A stretch of DNA of 54,598 nt from Thermodesulfobacteriota bacterium (GCA_034660495.1 JAYEJJ010000221.1:23549-78146), one strand, 5' to 3'; positions 9,656-19,099 are shown, numbered from the stretch's first letter. Numbers and translations: made by a program. Notes: generated by a model from the letters alone, not told the origin.

Positions 9656-9657
9656 TC

Positions 9658-9927
9658 ATGAGTCCTGAATTTGTTGTTGCCTTTGCCAAGGAAGCTATTA
9701 TCCTGACCATTTATCTTTCCATGCCCATGCTGGGTCTGGGGCTTATTGCCGGCCTGGTTGTCAGTATATTCCAGGCGGTCACATCCATACAGGAGATGAC
9801 CCTGACCTTTGTGCCCAAGATTATAGCCGTGTTTCTGGGGCTTTTGTTTTTTGCCCCCTGGATGCTCAATGAAGCAACAACCTTTACCAGAAATATTATA
9901 GAGAATATACCCATGTATATTCGGTGA
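9658..9927 (+). CDS. fliQ: Flagellar export apparatus protein FliQ
   Basis: 89 aa with two TM helices (MSPEFVVAFAKEAIILTIYLSMPMLGLGLIAGLVVSIFQAVTSIQEMTLTFVPK). ATG lies 2 nt after the fliP stop. Confidence 0.9.
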   Translation: MSPEFVVAFAKEAIILTIYLSMPMLGLGLIAGLVVSIFQAVTSIQEMTLTFVPKIIAVFLGLLFFAPWMLNEATTFTRNIIENIPMYIR

Positions 9928-9953
9928 AAGATCAGCTGACGCAGAGGGGATCA

Positions 9954-10742
9954 ATGGAGATCCTGAATTTAATAGACCCTGAGGGATTTAAAATTTATCT
10001 GCTGGTACTTGCAAGAATGGGATTTGTGCTGTTTATGCTGCCTGTTTTTTCTTCTACCATGCTGCCTGTATTGGTCAAGGCGGCGTTTGCCATGGTTATT
10101 TCTATTCTTCTGTATTCGGTCGTGGATATTGACCCCTCTCTTTTTCCTGAAACCGTTGTGGGTACGGGCCTGCTTTTTTTAACCGAGGCTATGATCGGCA
10201 TTACGCTGGGATTGTGCGTCAGGACCTTTCTGGGCTCGGTTCAGCTGGCCGGTCAGGTGATCGGGTTTCAGATGGGGTTTTCCATGATTAATGTGGTGGA
10301 CCCCCAGTCCGGGGCCAATGTATCCATCATGGAGCAGATTGCTTATTGGGTGGCCCTTCTTGTTTTTCTTCTGCTCAATGGCCATCATATCATGCTTTTA
10401 TCTGTTATAGAGAGTTTTGACCTTGTTCCCCCGGGATATTTCATGATGCAGCAGGTGATGCTGGATAAAATTTTAGCCATTGGCGCAGACATGTTTATCC
10501 TGGCCATAAAAATAGGGGCTCCGGTCATTGCAGCCCTTTTGTTTACCAGTGCGGCCTTTGGGCTGACAGCTAAATTTTCACCCCAGATGAATGTCATGAT
10601 TGTTGCCTTTCCCTTGAAAATTTTTGTAGGACTTGTGCTGTTTGGATTGTCCCTTGATATTATTTTAAGGATTTTAAGGGATTATGTGGTTGATCTTAAA
10701 TCTGTTTTTTTATCCCTGCTGTTCTGGGCAGGGGGAGGATAA
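9954..10742 (+). CDS. fliR: Flagellar export apparatus protein FliR
   Basis: Polytopic membrane protein between fliQ and flhB. ATG 9954 is preceded by gagggg; an alternative GTG at 9924 overlaps the fliQ stop. Confidence 0.9.
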   Translation: MEILNLIDPEGFKIYLLVLARMGFVLFMLPVFSSTMLPVLVKAAFAMVISILLYSVVDIDPSLFPETVVGTGLLFLTEAMIGITLGLCVRTFLGSVQLAGQVIGFQMGFSMINVVDPQSGANVSIMEQIAYWVALLVFLLLNGHHIMLLSVIESFDLVPPGYFMMQQVMLDKILAIGADMFILAIKIGAPVIAALLFTSAAFGLTAKFSPQMNVMIVAFPLKIFVGLVLFGLSLDIILRILRDYVVDLKSVFLSLLFWAGGG

Positions 10743-10745
10743 TGT

Positions 10746-11819
10746 ATGGCTGAAGATCCTGAAGGCGGAGGAGAGAAAACTGAAGATGCGTCGTCGAAGA
10801 AGCTTTCCAAGGCCCGTGAAGAAGGGCAGGTGGCAAAAAGCATGGAGGTGCCGTCGGTTTTTGTCCTTCTGGCAGGGGTGCTGGCGCTTTTTGTTTCAGG
10901 ATACCATGTGTATATCAATTTTCTGGCATTGATGACGGATTCATTTGATTTTAAACAATTGCCCCTTTTAAACAGCGTCAACCTGGTTCATCTGTTAATT
11001 CTCTATACCCAGCGGATGTTTATTATTCTGGCCCCCCTTATGGCAGCGGTGTTTGCAGCTGCTTTTTTAGCCAATGTGGCCCAGGTCGGGTTTGAACTGT
11101 CCTGGAAAGCCATCCAGCCCAAAATTTCCAAGATAAATCCGATTAAGGGATTTGCCAGGATATTTTCAAGCAGATCCCTTGTGGAGATGGTCAAAAGCAT
11201 TTTAAAGATTTCCATTATCTTTGCTGTTGCCTATTTTGCCGTAAAAGCCAGAACAACTGAGATTGCAAGGCTTTACGATCACAGCACGGCTTATATTTTA
11301 TTGTATGTGCTAAAGGTTATTTTTTATATTTTTATTAAAGTGCTTTTGATTATGATAGTGGTTGCCATTCTGGATTATGCCTTTCAAAGATGGAAATTCC
11401 TTGAGGACCAGAAAATGACCAAAAAAGAGGTCAAGGATGAGCATAAACAAATGGATGGTGACCCCCAGGTCAAGGCCAGAATCAGAAAACTCCAGGCCGA
11501 AGCCGCACAGAAGCGGATGATGGCCGAGGTGCCCGAAGCAGATGTGGTGGTCACCAACCCCACACGCCTGGCAGTGGCTGTGAAATATGACTCAATGAAA
11601 ATGACCGCGCCCCATGTGGTTGCCAAGGGGGCGGGTCCTGTGGCCGCCAATATCAGAAAAGTGGCTGAAGCACACCATGTGCCCATTATTGAGAACAAAC
11701 CCCTGGCCCGGAACTTGTATAAGCTGGTAGATATAGGCAAAGAGATTCCCTCACGGTTTTTTCAGTCTGTTGCAGAAATCCTTGCCCAGGTGTACAAACT
11801 CAAGGGAAAGACATTGTAG
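10746..11819 (+). CDS. flhB: Flagellar export switch protein FlhB
   Basis: Four N-terminal TM helices and a C-terminal domain with the autocleavage-site region VVVTNPTRLAVAVKY (NPTH-type motif, here NPTR). Confidence 0.95.
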   Translation: MAEDPEGGGEKTEDASSKKLSKAREEGQVAKSMEVPSVFVLLAGVLALFVSGYHVYINFLALMTDSFDFKQLPLLNSVNLVHLLILYTQRMFIILAPLMAAVFAAAFLANVAQVGFELSWKAIQPKISKINPIKGFARIFSSRSLVEMVKSILKISIIFAVAYFAVKARTTEIARLYDHSTAYILLYVLKVIFYIFIKVLLIMIVVAILDYAFQRWKFLEDQKMTKKEVKDEHKQMDGDPQVKARIRKLQAEAAQKRMMAEVPEADVVVTNPTRLAVAVKYDSMKMTAPHVVAKGAGPVAANIRKVAEAHHVPIIENKPLARNLYKLVDIGKEIPSRFFQSVAEILAQVYKLKGKTL

Positions 11820-11870
11820 AAAGATTCCGCCGGGGTGTTTGTCGTTTGGCACGGGCGTCAAAAATTGAAC

Positions 11871-11973
11871 GTGGGGTGGGGTCAGGCTTCGGTTATTGCG
11901 CTTTTGTTTAAATTTGCCTTTAAACAGAGTCCTTTGTCAAAAGCGTAATAACCGAAGCCTGACCCCGTTGATC
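11871..11973. repeat. ~100-bp palindromic element (P2), copy 1, between flhB and flhA
   Basis: 29-bp arms ggggtcaggcttcggttattgcgcttttg / caaaagcgtaataaccgaagcctgacccc with one G-T mismatch and a ~40-nt loop. A second copy is at 34469-34570. Confidence 0.85.
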
Positions 11974-12028
11974 AACAAACCAGCCGATTTGGCCGAAGTT
12001 ATGACCAAGCCCAAAAACAGGAGTGTGA

Positions 12029-14116
12029 ATGGCAGCTGAAACAACAGGCATATTATCAGGCATAAGACGGGAAAGCTCTGATGTGGCAATGATTGTTTTC
12101 CTGATCGGGATACTGATGGCCATGATACTGCCCCTGCCTCCCATGCTTCTGGATTTTTTTCTGACCCTGAATATTTCCTTTGCCGTTATTGTTTTGATTA
12201 CCACCATGTATACCAGGGCCCCGCTTGATTTTTTTATTTTTCCTTCCCTGCTTCTGGTGCTGACCCTGTTCCGTCTTTCCCTGAATGTGGCTTCAACCCG
12301 GCTGATCCTCCTTTGTGGCAATGAAGGGCAGCTGGCTGCCGGCGCCATCATTAAATCTTTCGGCAGTTTTGTTGTTGGCGGGAACTATGTTGTGGGCATG
12401 GTGATTTTTATCATCCTGGTGCTGATCAATTTTATGGTTATTACAAAAGGTGCCGGACGAATTGCTGAGGTTGCAGCGCGGTTCACCCTGGATGCCATGC
12501 CGGGAAAACAGATGGCCATTGATGCCGACCTCAATGCAGGCATGATAGATGAGATCGAAGCCGGCCAGCGGAGAAAGGAGATTGCCAGGGAGTCGGAATT
12601 TCACGGTGCCATGGACGGTGCCAGCAAGTTTGTCCGGGGGGATGCCATTGCCGGTATCATTATCACCTGTATTAATATTGTCGGCGGCTTTGTCATCGGG
12701 GTGCTCCAGCAGGGCATGGCCATGGAAGAGGCCATTGTAACCTATACCCTGCTGACCGTGGGAGACGGCCTGGTCAGCCAGATTCCTGCTCTTCTTATTT
12801 CAACTGCTGCCGGGCTTCTGGTGTCCCGTTCAGGATCAGAAAACAGGATGGGTAAGGATTTTCTATCCCATCTGCTGTCCAGTCCCACTCCGGTTTATAT
12901 TGGTTCTGTCATTATTTTCTGTTTCGGCCTGGTGCCCGGGCTGCCGTCGTTTCCCTTTATGACCCTTGGGGTTGTGATGGGGACATTTTGCTGGTATTTT
13001 TTAAAAAAAGAGGATATGGGAGAGGAAGAAGAACCCGGCGCAGAAGAAGAGGCAGAAGCAGCCGGTGCCCCTGAAGAGGTGGATCACCTCCTGTCCCTGG
13101 ATACCATTGAACTGGAAGTGGGATACGGGCTGATTCCCCTTGTAGACAAGGAGCAGGACGGCCTGCTTCTGGGCAGAATCAGGGCCATCCGGAGACAGTT
13201 TGCCAGTGAAATGGGAATTATCATCCCGCCAATACATATAAGAGATAACCTCAAACTTAACCCGGCCCAGTACAGGGTTATGATCAAGGGCGTTGAAACA
13301 GCAGGTGCAGAACTTATGGTGAATCATCTTCTGGCAATGGATCCCGGTGGGATTGCTCTAAAAATAGACGGCATAGAAACCGTTGAACCGGCCTTTAAAC
13401 TGCCGGCTCTGTGGATTTCCCCGGATATGGAGGAAGATGCAAAATTTGCAGGATACACGGTAGTGGACAATTCAACGGTTATTGCCACCCATCTCACAGA
13501 AGTGGTGAGAAACAATGCCCATGATCTTCTCGGTCGGCAGGATGTTCAGCATCTTCTGGATAATCTGTCCAAAACCAACCCCAAGGCCGTTGAAGAGCTG
13601 ATTCCTGCATTGCTGACCCTGGGCAATGTTCAGAAAGTGCTTCAGAATCTGCTTCGGGAGCGGATTTCCATCCGGGATCTGCTCACTATTGTGGAAACCC
13701 TTGCCGATTATGCGCCCATGAGCAAGGATCCGGATCTGCTGACCGAGTATGTCCGGCAGAAAATTGCCCGGGGCATGCTTGCGCCTTATCTGGGCCAGGG
13801 CAGAAGTCTTCAGGTCATTACCCTTGACCGGGATCTGGAAGAGATGCTGACCAAAAATATAAAACATACCGAGCATGGCTCTTACCTGGCAGTTGATCCC
13901 GGAACCGTGGAAAAAATTATCAATGCCGTAAGCAGCGAAGTTGAAAAAATGGTTGCCATGGATGTCCAGCCGGTTATCATGTGTTCCCCGGCCCTGCGCC
14001 GTCACTTCAGAAAACTGGTAGAGCATGCTGTCCCTTCTGTTTTTGTGATATCCCATGCAGAAATCGTTGATGATATTACCCTGACAGCAGGGGGAAAGGT
14101 AACATTTAAAAAATGA
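12029..14116 (+). CDS. flhA: Flagellar export gate protein FlhA
   Basis: 695 aa with a conserved FHIPEP region (FTLDAMPGKQMAIDADLNAG...RESEFHGAMDGASKFVRGDA). Confidence 0.97.
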   Translation: MAAETTGILSGIRRESSDVAMIVFLIGILMAMILPLPPMLLDFFLTLNISFAVIVLITTMYTRAPLDFFIFPSLLLVLTLFRLSLNVASTRLILLCGNEGQLAAGAIIKSFGSFVVGGNYVVGMVIFIILVLINFMVITKGAGRIAEVAARFTLDAMPGKQMAIDADLNAGMIDEIEAGQRRKEIARESEFHGAMDGASKFVRGDAIAGIIITCINIVGGFVIGVLQQGMAMEEAIVTYTLLTVGDGLVSQIPALLISTAAGLLVSRSGSENRMGKDFLSHLLSSPTPVYIGSVIIFCFGLVPGLPSFPFMTLGVVMGTFCWYFLKKEDMGEEEEPGAEEEAEAAGAPEEVDHLLSLDTIELEVGYGLIPLVDKEQDGLLLGRIRAIRRQFASEMGIIIPPIHIRDNLKLNPAQYRVMIKGVETAGAELMVNHLLAMDPGGIALKIDGIETVEPAFKLPALWISPDMEEDAKFAGYTVVDNSTVIATHLTEVVRNNAHDLLGRQDVQHLLDNLSKTNPKAVEELIPALLTLGNVQKVLQNLLRERISIRDLLTIVETLADYAPMSKDPDLLTEYVRQKIARGMLAPYLGQGRSLQVITLDRDLEEMLTKNIKHTEHGSYLAVDPGTVEKIINAVSSEVEKMVAMDVQPVIMCSPALRRHFRKLVEHAVPSVFVISHAEIVDDITLTAGGKVTFKK

Positions 14117-15237
14117 AAAAAAAGATTTTCAGGGCCCAGAGCATTCAGCAGGCCGTCACCCAGGTCAAGGAAGCTTTAGGCGAGGATGCCATGATCCTCT
14201 CCACCAGAAAACTTCCCAGAAGCGTAAGCTCCCCCTATACCCGGCAGATGTTTGAAGTTGAGGCCGCTGTGTCAGACAGTTCAAGCCAGGTAAAGAAAGA
14301 TATCCTTGAAAAAGCCGTTTCCCGGGATCAGTCAGCAGATGGGTACGGCGGAATAAAAGAAGAACTGCTCAGCATAAAGGATTTGATTTCCCTTGTGGGG
14401 TTGGGTTCGGGATTTCAGAACATGATCTGCGCCTATCCGGGAACCCAGGCGCTGTTTGCCTCCCTTCTGCGCAGCGGTGTGTCCGAACAGATGGTGACCT
14501 TTGTACTTCAGAACGCCCTTTATGCCATGGATAAGGATAAGATTCCGGAAACAGATAAAGGGGCTGTTTTAAAAAAATATGTACTCAGGCAGTTTGTCCG
14601 GCAGATAGAAACCAAAGATTTTTTTGACCTGCCGTCAGATCCGGGCCATCCCCATGTGGCTGCCTTTGTAGGGCCCACCGGTGTGGGAAAAACCACCACA
14701 ATTGCAAAACTGGCTGCTGAACTGAGTCTTAAAAGAAAAAAAAAGGTGGGCCTTGTTTCAATTGACAATTATCGTATCGGTGCCTATGAACAATTAAAAG
14801 CCTATGCATCCATTATGGGGTTGATGTCTGTTTCTGCCTTTACCAGAAAAGATCTTGAAACAGCTCTTTTAAATATGAGCCGGATGGATATGGTGCTCAT
14901 AGATACAGCCGGGCACAGCCATTCGGACAATGTACGGATGAACGAGGCCACACAGATGATAAACGGGAATTTTAATATGTCAGTGCACCTGGTTTTAAGT
15001 GTGACAACGGATTTTGTTGACATGAAACAGGCTGCCAGGGCATTTTCTTCATTAAAGCCGGACAGCTATGTGTTTACAAAAATTGACGAAGCCAGACGGT
15101 GTGGTAAAATTCTGGATCAGATCAGTCAGATGAAACTGCCGGTATCCATTGTTACCAACGGACAGAAAGTTCCGGAGGATTTAATTGTTCCGGATGTCAG
15201 TACAATGCTGGGTATTGTGCTGGGGACCGAGACTTGA
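14113..15237 (+). CDS. flhF: Flagellar biosynthesis SRP-type GTPase FlhF
   Basis: G1 GPTGVGKTTTIAKLAA, G3 DTAGHS and TKIDE motifs. Start overlaps the flhA stop. Confidence 0.9.
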   Translation: MKKKIFRAQSIQQAVTQVKEALGEDAMILSTRKLPRSVSSPYTRQMFEVEAAVSDSSSQVKKDILEKAVSRDQSADGYGGIKEELLSIKDLISLVGLGSGFQNMICAYPGTQALFASLLRSGVSEQMVTFVLQNALYAMDKDKIPETDKGAVLKKYVLRQFVRQIETKDFFDLPSDPGHPHVAAFVGPTGVGKTTTIAKLAAELSLKRKKKVGLVSIDNYRIGAYEQLKAYASIMGLMSVSAFTRKDLETALLNMSRMDMVLIDTAGHSHSDNVRMNEATQMINGNFNMSVHLVLSVTTDFVDMKQAARAFSSLKPDSYVFTKIDEARRCGKILDQISQMKLPVSIVTNGQKVPEDLIVPDVSTMLGIVLGTET

Positions 15238-15260
15238 GACAGGAGACAAGAAACAGCCGA

Positions 15261-15315
15261 CTTCGTTGTGGCCGGGTCGGTGATCATGGTCCGGCCATGC
15301 CGGTTATATAAAATA
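15261..15315. repeat. R1-family hairpin repeat between flhF and flhG
   Basis: cttcgttgtg-gccgggtcggtgatcatggtccggc-catgccggttatataaaa. Near-identical core to 27428-27486. Confidence 0.8.
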
Positions 15316-15373
15316 AGGTATTGATTTGTTGGATCAGGACATTCAGGGTTACGGTGAAAAGGAGATATAAAAG

Positions 15374-16264
15374 GTGGATCAGGCAAATGGACTGCGGCAC
15401 ATTGTAAGAAAAGGACAATTGGCAAAAAGGAAATCCCCCGGCACAAAATCTGTGCCCAGGGTTATTGCTGTGACCAGCGGCAAGGGAGGCGTCGGTAAGA
15501 CCAATCTGGTGGGTAATCTTGCCATTGCCCTGAGCCAGCGCGGTAAAAAAGTCGTGGTCCTTGATGCAGATGTGGGGCTCGGTAATATTGATATTATATT
15601 CAATCTCAGGCCCAGGTATAATATCAGCCAGGTGATCGCCGGTGAAATGAGTCTGTCTGATGTTATGGTCACCACCCGTCACGGTGTAAAAATTATTCCG
15701 GCAGGGTCAGGGTTTGCCAATCTTACTCAGCTTGCGGATGGTGAAAAGCTTAATCTACTGAACGCCTTTGAACGTCTGAGCGATACAATTGATATTGTGC
15801 TGGTTGATACTGGAGCCGGCATATCCTCCAATGTGCTGTATTTTAATTCTGCAGCCGATGAATCCATTGTTGTGGCCACAAATGAACCTACTTCCATTAC
15901 AGATGCCTATGCACTGATGAAGGTTTTATCCAGGGAATATGGAACAAGGTATTTTAAACTGGTGGTGAATATGGTAAGGTCAGATAAAGATGCAAAATTA
16001 GTTTATGGGTCATTGAGCGGCGCCCTGGACCGTTTTCTGGGAAATGTGGTGCTGGAGTATTTTGGTTTTATCGGCCATGACCCCATGATTAAAAAAGCGG
16101 TGATGAATCGAACTCCGGTTATTGATTTTGCAGGCACATCTCCTTCAGCTGCTGTGTTTAAGGATTTTGCGGAAAAACTGGTTAAATCGCCGAGAAGAAC
16201 CAATGCAGATGGGAACATCACTTTTTTTATGAAAAAATTATTTAATGCAGCAGATCAAGGTTGA
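15374..16264 (+). CDS. flhG: MinD/ParA-type flagellar number regulator FlhG (FleN)
   Basis: Deviant Walker A VTSGKGGVGKTN. GTG start with an AAGGAG RBS. Located between flhF and fliA. Confidence 0.9.
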   Translation: MDQANGLRHIVRKGQLAKRKSPGTKSVPRVIAVTSGKGGVGKTNLVGNLAIALSQRGKKVVVLDADVGLGNIDIIFNLRPRYNISQVIAGEMSLSDVMVTTRHGVKIIPAGSGFANLTQLADGEKLNLLNAFERLSDTIDIVLVDTGAGISSNVLYFNSAADESIVVATNEPTSITDAYALMKVLSREYGTRYFKLVVNMVRSDKDAKLVYGSLSGALDRFLGNVVLEYFGFIGHDPMIKKAVMNRTPVIDFAGTSPSAAVFKDFAEKLVKSPRRTNADGNITFFMKKLFNAADQG

Positions 16265-16350
16265 TATGAACTGGAAATTGACCTTATACACTGGATGAAC
16301 ACTGGATGAACAGGTTTTAATAACTCCACAGAGGTACGGTCTAAAAGCCT

Positions 16351-17085
16351 ATGGGTAAGAAAAAAGACGACAGGTGGCGGGAAGACAGAATTCTGGAAAA
16401 TGCGTATCTGGTCAAGTATATTGCCTCACGGTTTGCCAGACGTCTGCCTTCAAATGTGCTTTTTGATGAGCTTGTCAGTGCAGGGTCTCTTGGCTTGATT
16501 GATGCTGTGGATAAATTTGATACAGATAAGCATGTCAGTCTCAAGACCTATGCCCAGTACAGAATAAAAGGCGCTATTCTGGATGAGCTGAGAAGCATGG
16601 ATACTTATTCCAGGTCCATGCGTAAAAAAATTCAGGATATTGCCCAGGCAGCAAAGCAAATAGAAAATAAAACCGGCGTTCCTGCCTCTGATCCTGAAGT
16701 GGCAGAGGCCCTTGGCATGGACCTTGAGTCTTATTATGATATGCTGACATCCATTCATGGTGCTGCAATTTTAAGCCTGGATGCATTTATATCTCCCCAC
16801 AGAACCAATGCATTATCAAATAAAAGATTTGTATCCGGGTTAAAAGCCAGGGACAATCCTGCTGATTTATTTGACAGGGAGGAGTTGAAGGCTGTTCTGG
16901 CCAGGGCTATAGAAAAGATGGGAAAAAAGGAGCAATTGGTTGTTTCCCTTTACTATTATGAAGAATTAACTTTAAAGGAAATAGGAGAGGTGCTCTCTCT
17001 GACAGAATCCCGGATATGTCAGATTCACACTGCCGCATTGATCAAGCTGAAAATCAAACTCCAGGATTATTTTCAGTCAACATAA
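16351..17085 (+). CDS. fliA: Flagellar sigma factor FliA (sigma-28)
   Basis: 244 aa with sigma-70 region 2 and region 4 patterns (LVSAGSLGLIDAVDKFD; LTLKEIGEVLSLTESRICQIHTAAL). Follows flhG. Confidence 0.9.
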   Translation: MGKKKDDRWREDRILENAYLVKYIASRFARRLPSNVLFDELVSAGSLGLIDAVDKFDTDKHVSLKTYAQYRIKGAILDELRSMDTYSRSMRKKIQDIAQAAKQIENKTGVPASDPEVAEALGMDLESYYDMLTSIHGAAILSLDAFISPHRTNALSNKRFVSGLKARDNPADLFDREELKAVLARAIEKMGKKEQLVVSLYYYEELTLKEIGEVLSLTESRICQIHTAALIKLKIKLQDYFQST

Positions 17086-17111
17086 AACACAGGGGTTAAA
17101 GAGGGCCTGAA

Positions 17112-19085
17112 ATGTCTGATACGACTACAGATGACGATCTTGTCTCCCAGGATGATATTGACAATCGTCTGGATTCCGGTCAAAATACGGGTTCTGACGG
17201 GGCAGGCAAAGAAGAAGAGTTTGGAGAGCTTTCTCAGGATGATATAGACAGCCTTTTAAACGGCTCGTCCATGGGCAGCGGATCTTCAGATGATGATTCT
17301 GGTGACATGGATGACGATGATTTTGAGCTGGTTTCCCAGGATGACATAGACAGCCTTCTGGAGGAATCCTCATCCAGAGATCTGGAAGATTCATCTGATG
17401 GGCCTGACCTCATTGATTCAGAATCCATGGAAGACACTGAAGAAGATCTGATTTCCCAGGATGACATAGACAGTCTGCTGGAGGATTCATCTGCCGTTGA
17501 TCTGGAGGTGTCGTCTGCCGATTCTGATCTCAGTGATCAGGAAAGCATGGAAGATACTGAAGAAGAACTGGTTTCCCAGGATGACATAGACAGCCTGCTG
17601 GAGGGTTCGTCTGATGTTGATCTGGAATCGTCATCTGCCGATCCTGATCTCAGTGAACAGGAAAGCATGGAAGACACTGAAGAAGAACTGGTTTCCCAGG
17701 ATGACATAGACAGCCTGCTGGAGGGTTCGTCTGATGTTGATCTGGAATCGTCATCTGCCGATTCTGATCTCAGTGAACAGGAAAGCATGGAAGACACTGA
17801 AGAAGAGCGGGTTTCCCAGGATGACATAGACAGCCTGCTGGAGGATTCATCTGCTGATGATCTGGAAGTGTCATCACACGGCCCTGACCTCAGTGGTACG
17901 GAAAAGGGGAGCAGGGGACCTGAATCCGGCAATGAGGATGTGATTGACGAATCCCAGGGAATTGACATTCAGGATTGTCTGATTACCCAGGAAGTGCTGG
18001 ATCAGTTGATAAAGGAAGATGAAGAAGCTGAAAACCAGGCGGATGATGAAATAGAACCATCCCTGGAGACAGAAGCGGTTCCGGAACAGGATCAGCAGCC
18101 GGATTTAAAAGAAGAACCCGATGCACAGGTTGATTCAGAAGAAGAGCCGGATTTACAGCCTGTTTCAGGCGCAGAGACGGACGCTGAAGCAGATTCGGTT
18201 CCACTGGAAAATCAGGGGGAAGATGTCAGCCAGAATGATATTGATGCACTGCTGGATGATCCCGATGATGACATGACTGATGATGAGGAAAGCGGAAAAT
18301 CACTGATTTCTCATAAGGATATAGACTCTCTGCTGGGAAGCACTGAGGAGGATGATGAAGATTTTCTCGGCGATGTTGATTCAGATGGTTCCTTTGGTGA
18401 CACTTCACTGGGGCTTGATGATGACGATCAGGAAATTGAACCTGATGACGCAGGTGAAGAGTTTTATCCCTACGATGAAGCAGAAAAAAGTGATCAGGTT
18501 GTATTGGAGGCTGGAGAGGACACTCAGGTCGAGAAAGACACAGACGTCGGGAAAGAAAAAGAAAAACGTACTGGAGAAAAAAAATTCTCGTTAAAAAAAG
18601 TATTGGTTTTTGCGTCCATATGCATTGTTTTATCTGTTTCAGGTGCGTCTTATTATATTTTAAACGCCATGAAAGATAAAAGCGAGTCTGAAAATCAGGT
18701 TGTTTTGGAAGAACCGGTACAGTCAGACGGGCCTGAGGTGGAAACCGTGGAGATTGATCTTCGGAAAACTGCAAATCTGCCTGATTCCGGCACTGTGGAC
18801 CTGAATGGGTTTTTTGTGCTTTCTCCAACTGAAGAGAGCGGGTTTGTCTATGTTTCCGCCGACCTTTCAATAGATTATTCCCGTGGCAGAGCCCTTTCCG
18901 AGATAAATAAACATATGGCCCTTTACAGGGATATAATTTATGATGCCATCAGTCATGCCATTGCCAGGGATACCAATGCAGTGTCTGAAAAAGAGCTGCT
19001 TTCTGCAGTAAAAAAAGCGCTGAACAGCGCGCTTCCTGACAACTATATCGAAAAGGTCAGTTTTACACGGTTTAAAACTGGATAG
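17112..19085 (+). CDS. FliL-domain membrane protein with a long acidic N-terminal arm bearing 9-10 SQDDIDSLL (CheY-docking-like) repeats
   Basis: RBS agaggg. Repeated [LIV]xSQDDIDSLL motifs. One TM helix (VLVFASICIVLSVSGASYYILNA). The C-terminal ~130 aa match the FliL pattern (FFVLSP...ADLSIDYS...YRDIIYDAI...IEKVSFTRF). Confidence 0.65.
   Translation: MSDTTTDDDLVSQDDIDNRLDSGQNTGSDGAGKEEEFGELSQDDIDSLLNGSSMGSGSSDDDSGDMDDDDFELVSQDDIDSLLEESSSRDLEDSSDGPDLIDSESMEDTEEDLISQDDIDSLLEDSSAVDLEVSSADSDLSDQESMEDTEEELVSQDDIDSLLEGSSDVDLESSSADPDLSEQESMEDTEEELVSQDDIDSLLEGSSDVDLESSSADSDLSEQESMEDTEEERVSQDDIDSLLEDSSADDLEVSSHGPDLSGTEKGSRGPESGNEDVIDESQGIDIQDCLITQEVLDQLIKEDEEAENQADDEIEPSLETEAVPEQDQQPDLKEEPDAQVDSEEEPDLQPVSGAETDAEADSVPLENQGEDVSQNDIDALLDDPDDDMTDDEESGKSLISHKDIDSLLGSTEEDDEDFLGDVDSDGSFGDTSLGLDDDDQEIEPDDAGEEFYPYDEAEKSDQVVLEAGEDTQVEKDTDVGKEKEKRTGEKKFSLKKVLVFASICIVLSVSGASYYILNAMKDKSESENQVVLEEPVQSDGPEVETVEIDLRKTANLPDSGTVDLNGFFVLSPTEESGFVYVSADLSIDYSRGRALSEINKHMALYRDIIYDAISHAIARDTNAVSEKELLSAVKKALNSALPDNYIEKVSFTRFKTG
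17330..17900. repeat. 120-bp tandem repeat (~4.5 units) within the acidic FliL-like gene
   Basis: Phase-locked units begin at 17341, 17461, 17581, 17701 and 17821 (atgacatagacag...). Units 17581-17700 and 17701-17820 differ at only a few bases. Confidence 0.9.
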
Positions 19086-19099
19086 GAGGTGGTGTTTGC

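Noticed and set aside
13472-14056. 194-aa - strand ORF inside flhA, and the 214-aa - strand ORF at 18226-18870
   Set aside because: Both are antisense to strongly supported genes and are shadow ORFs.
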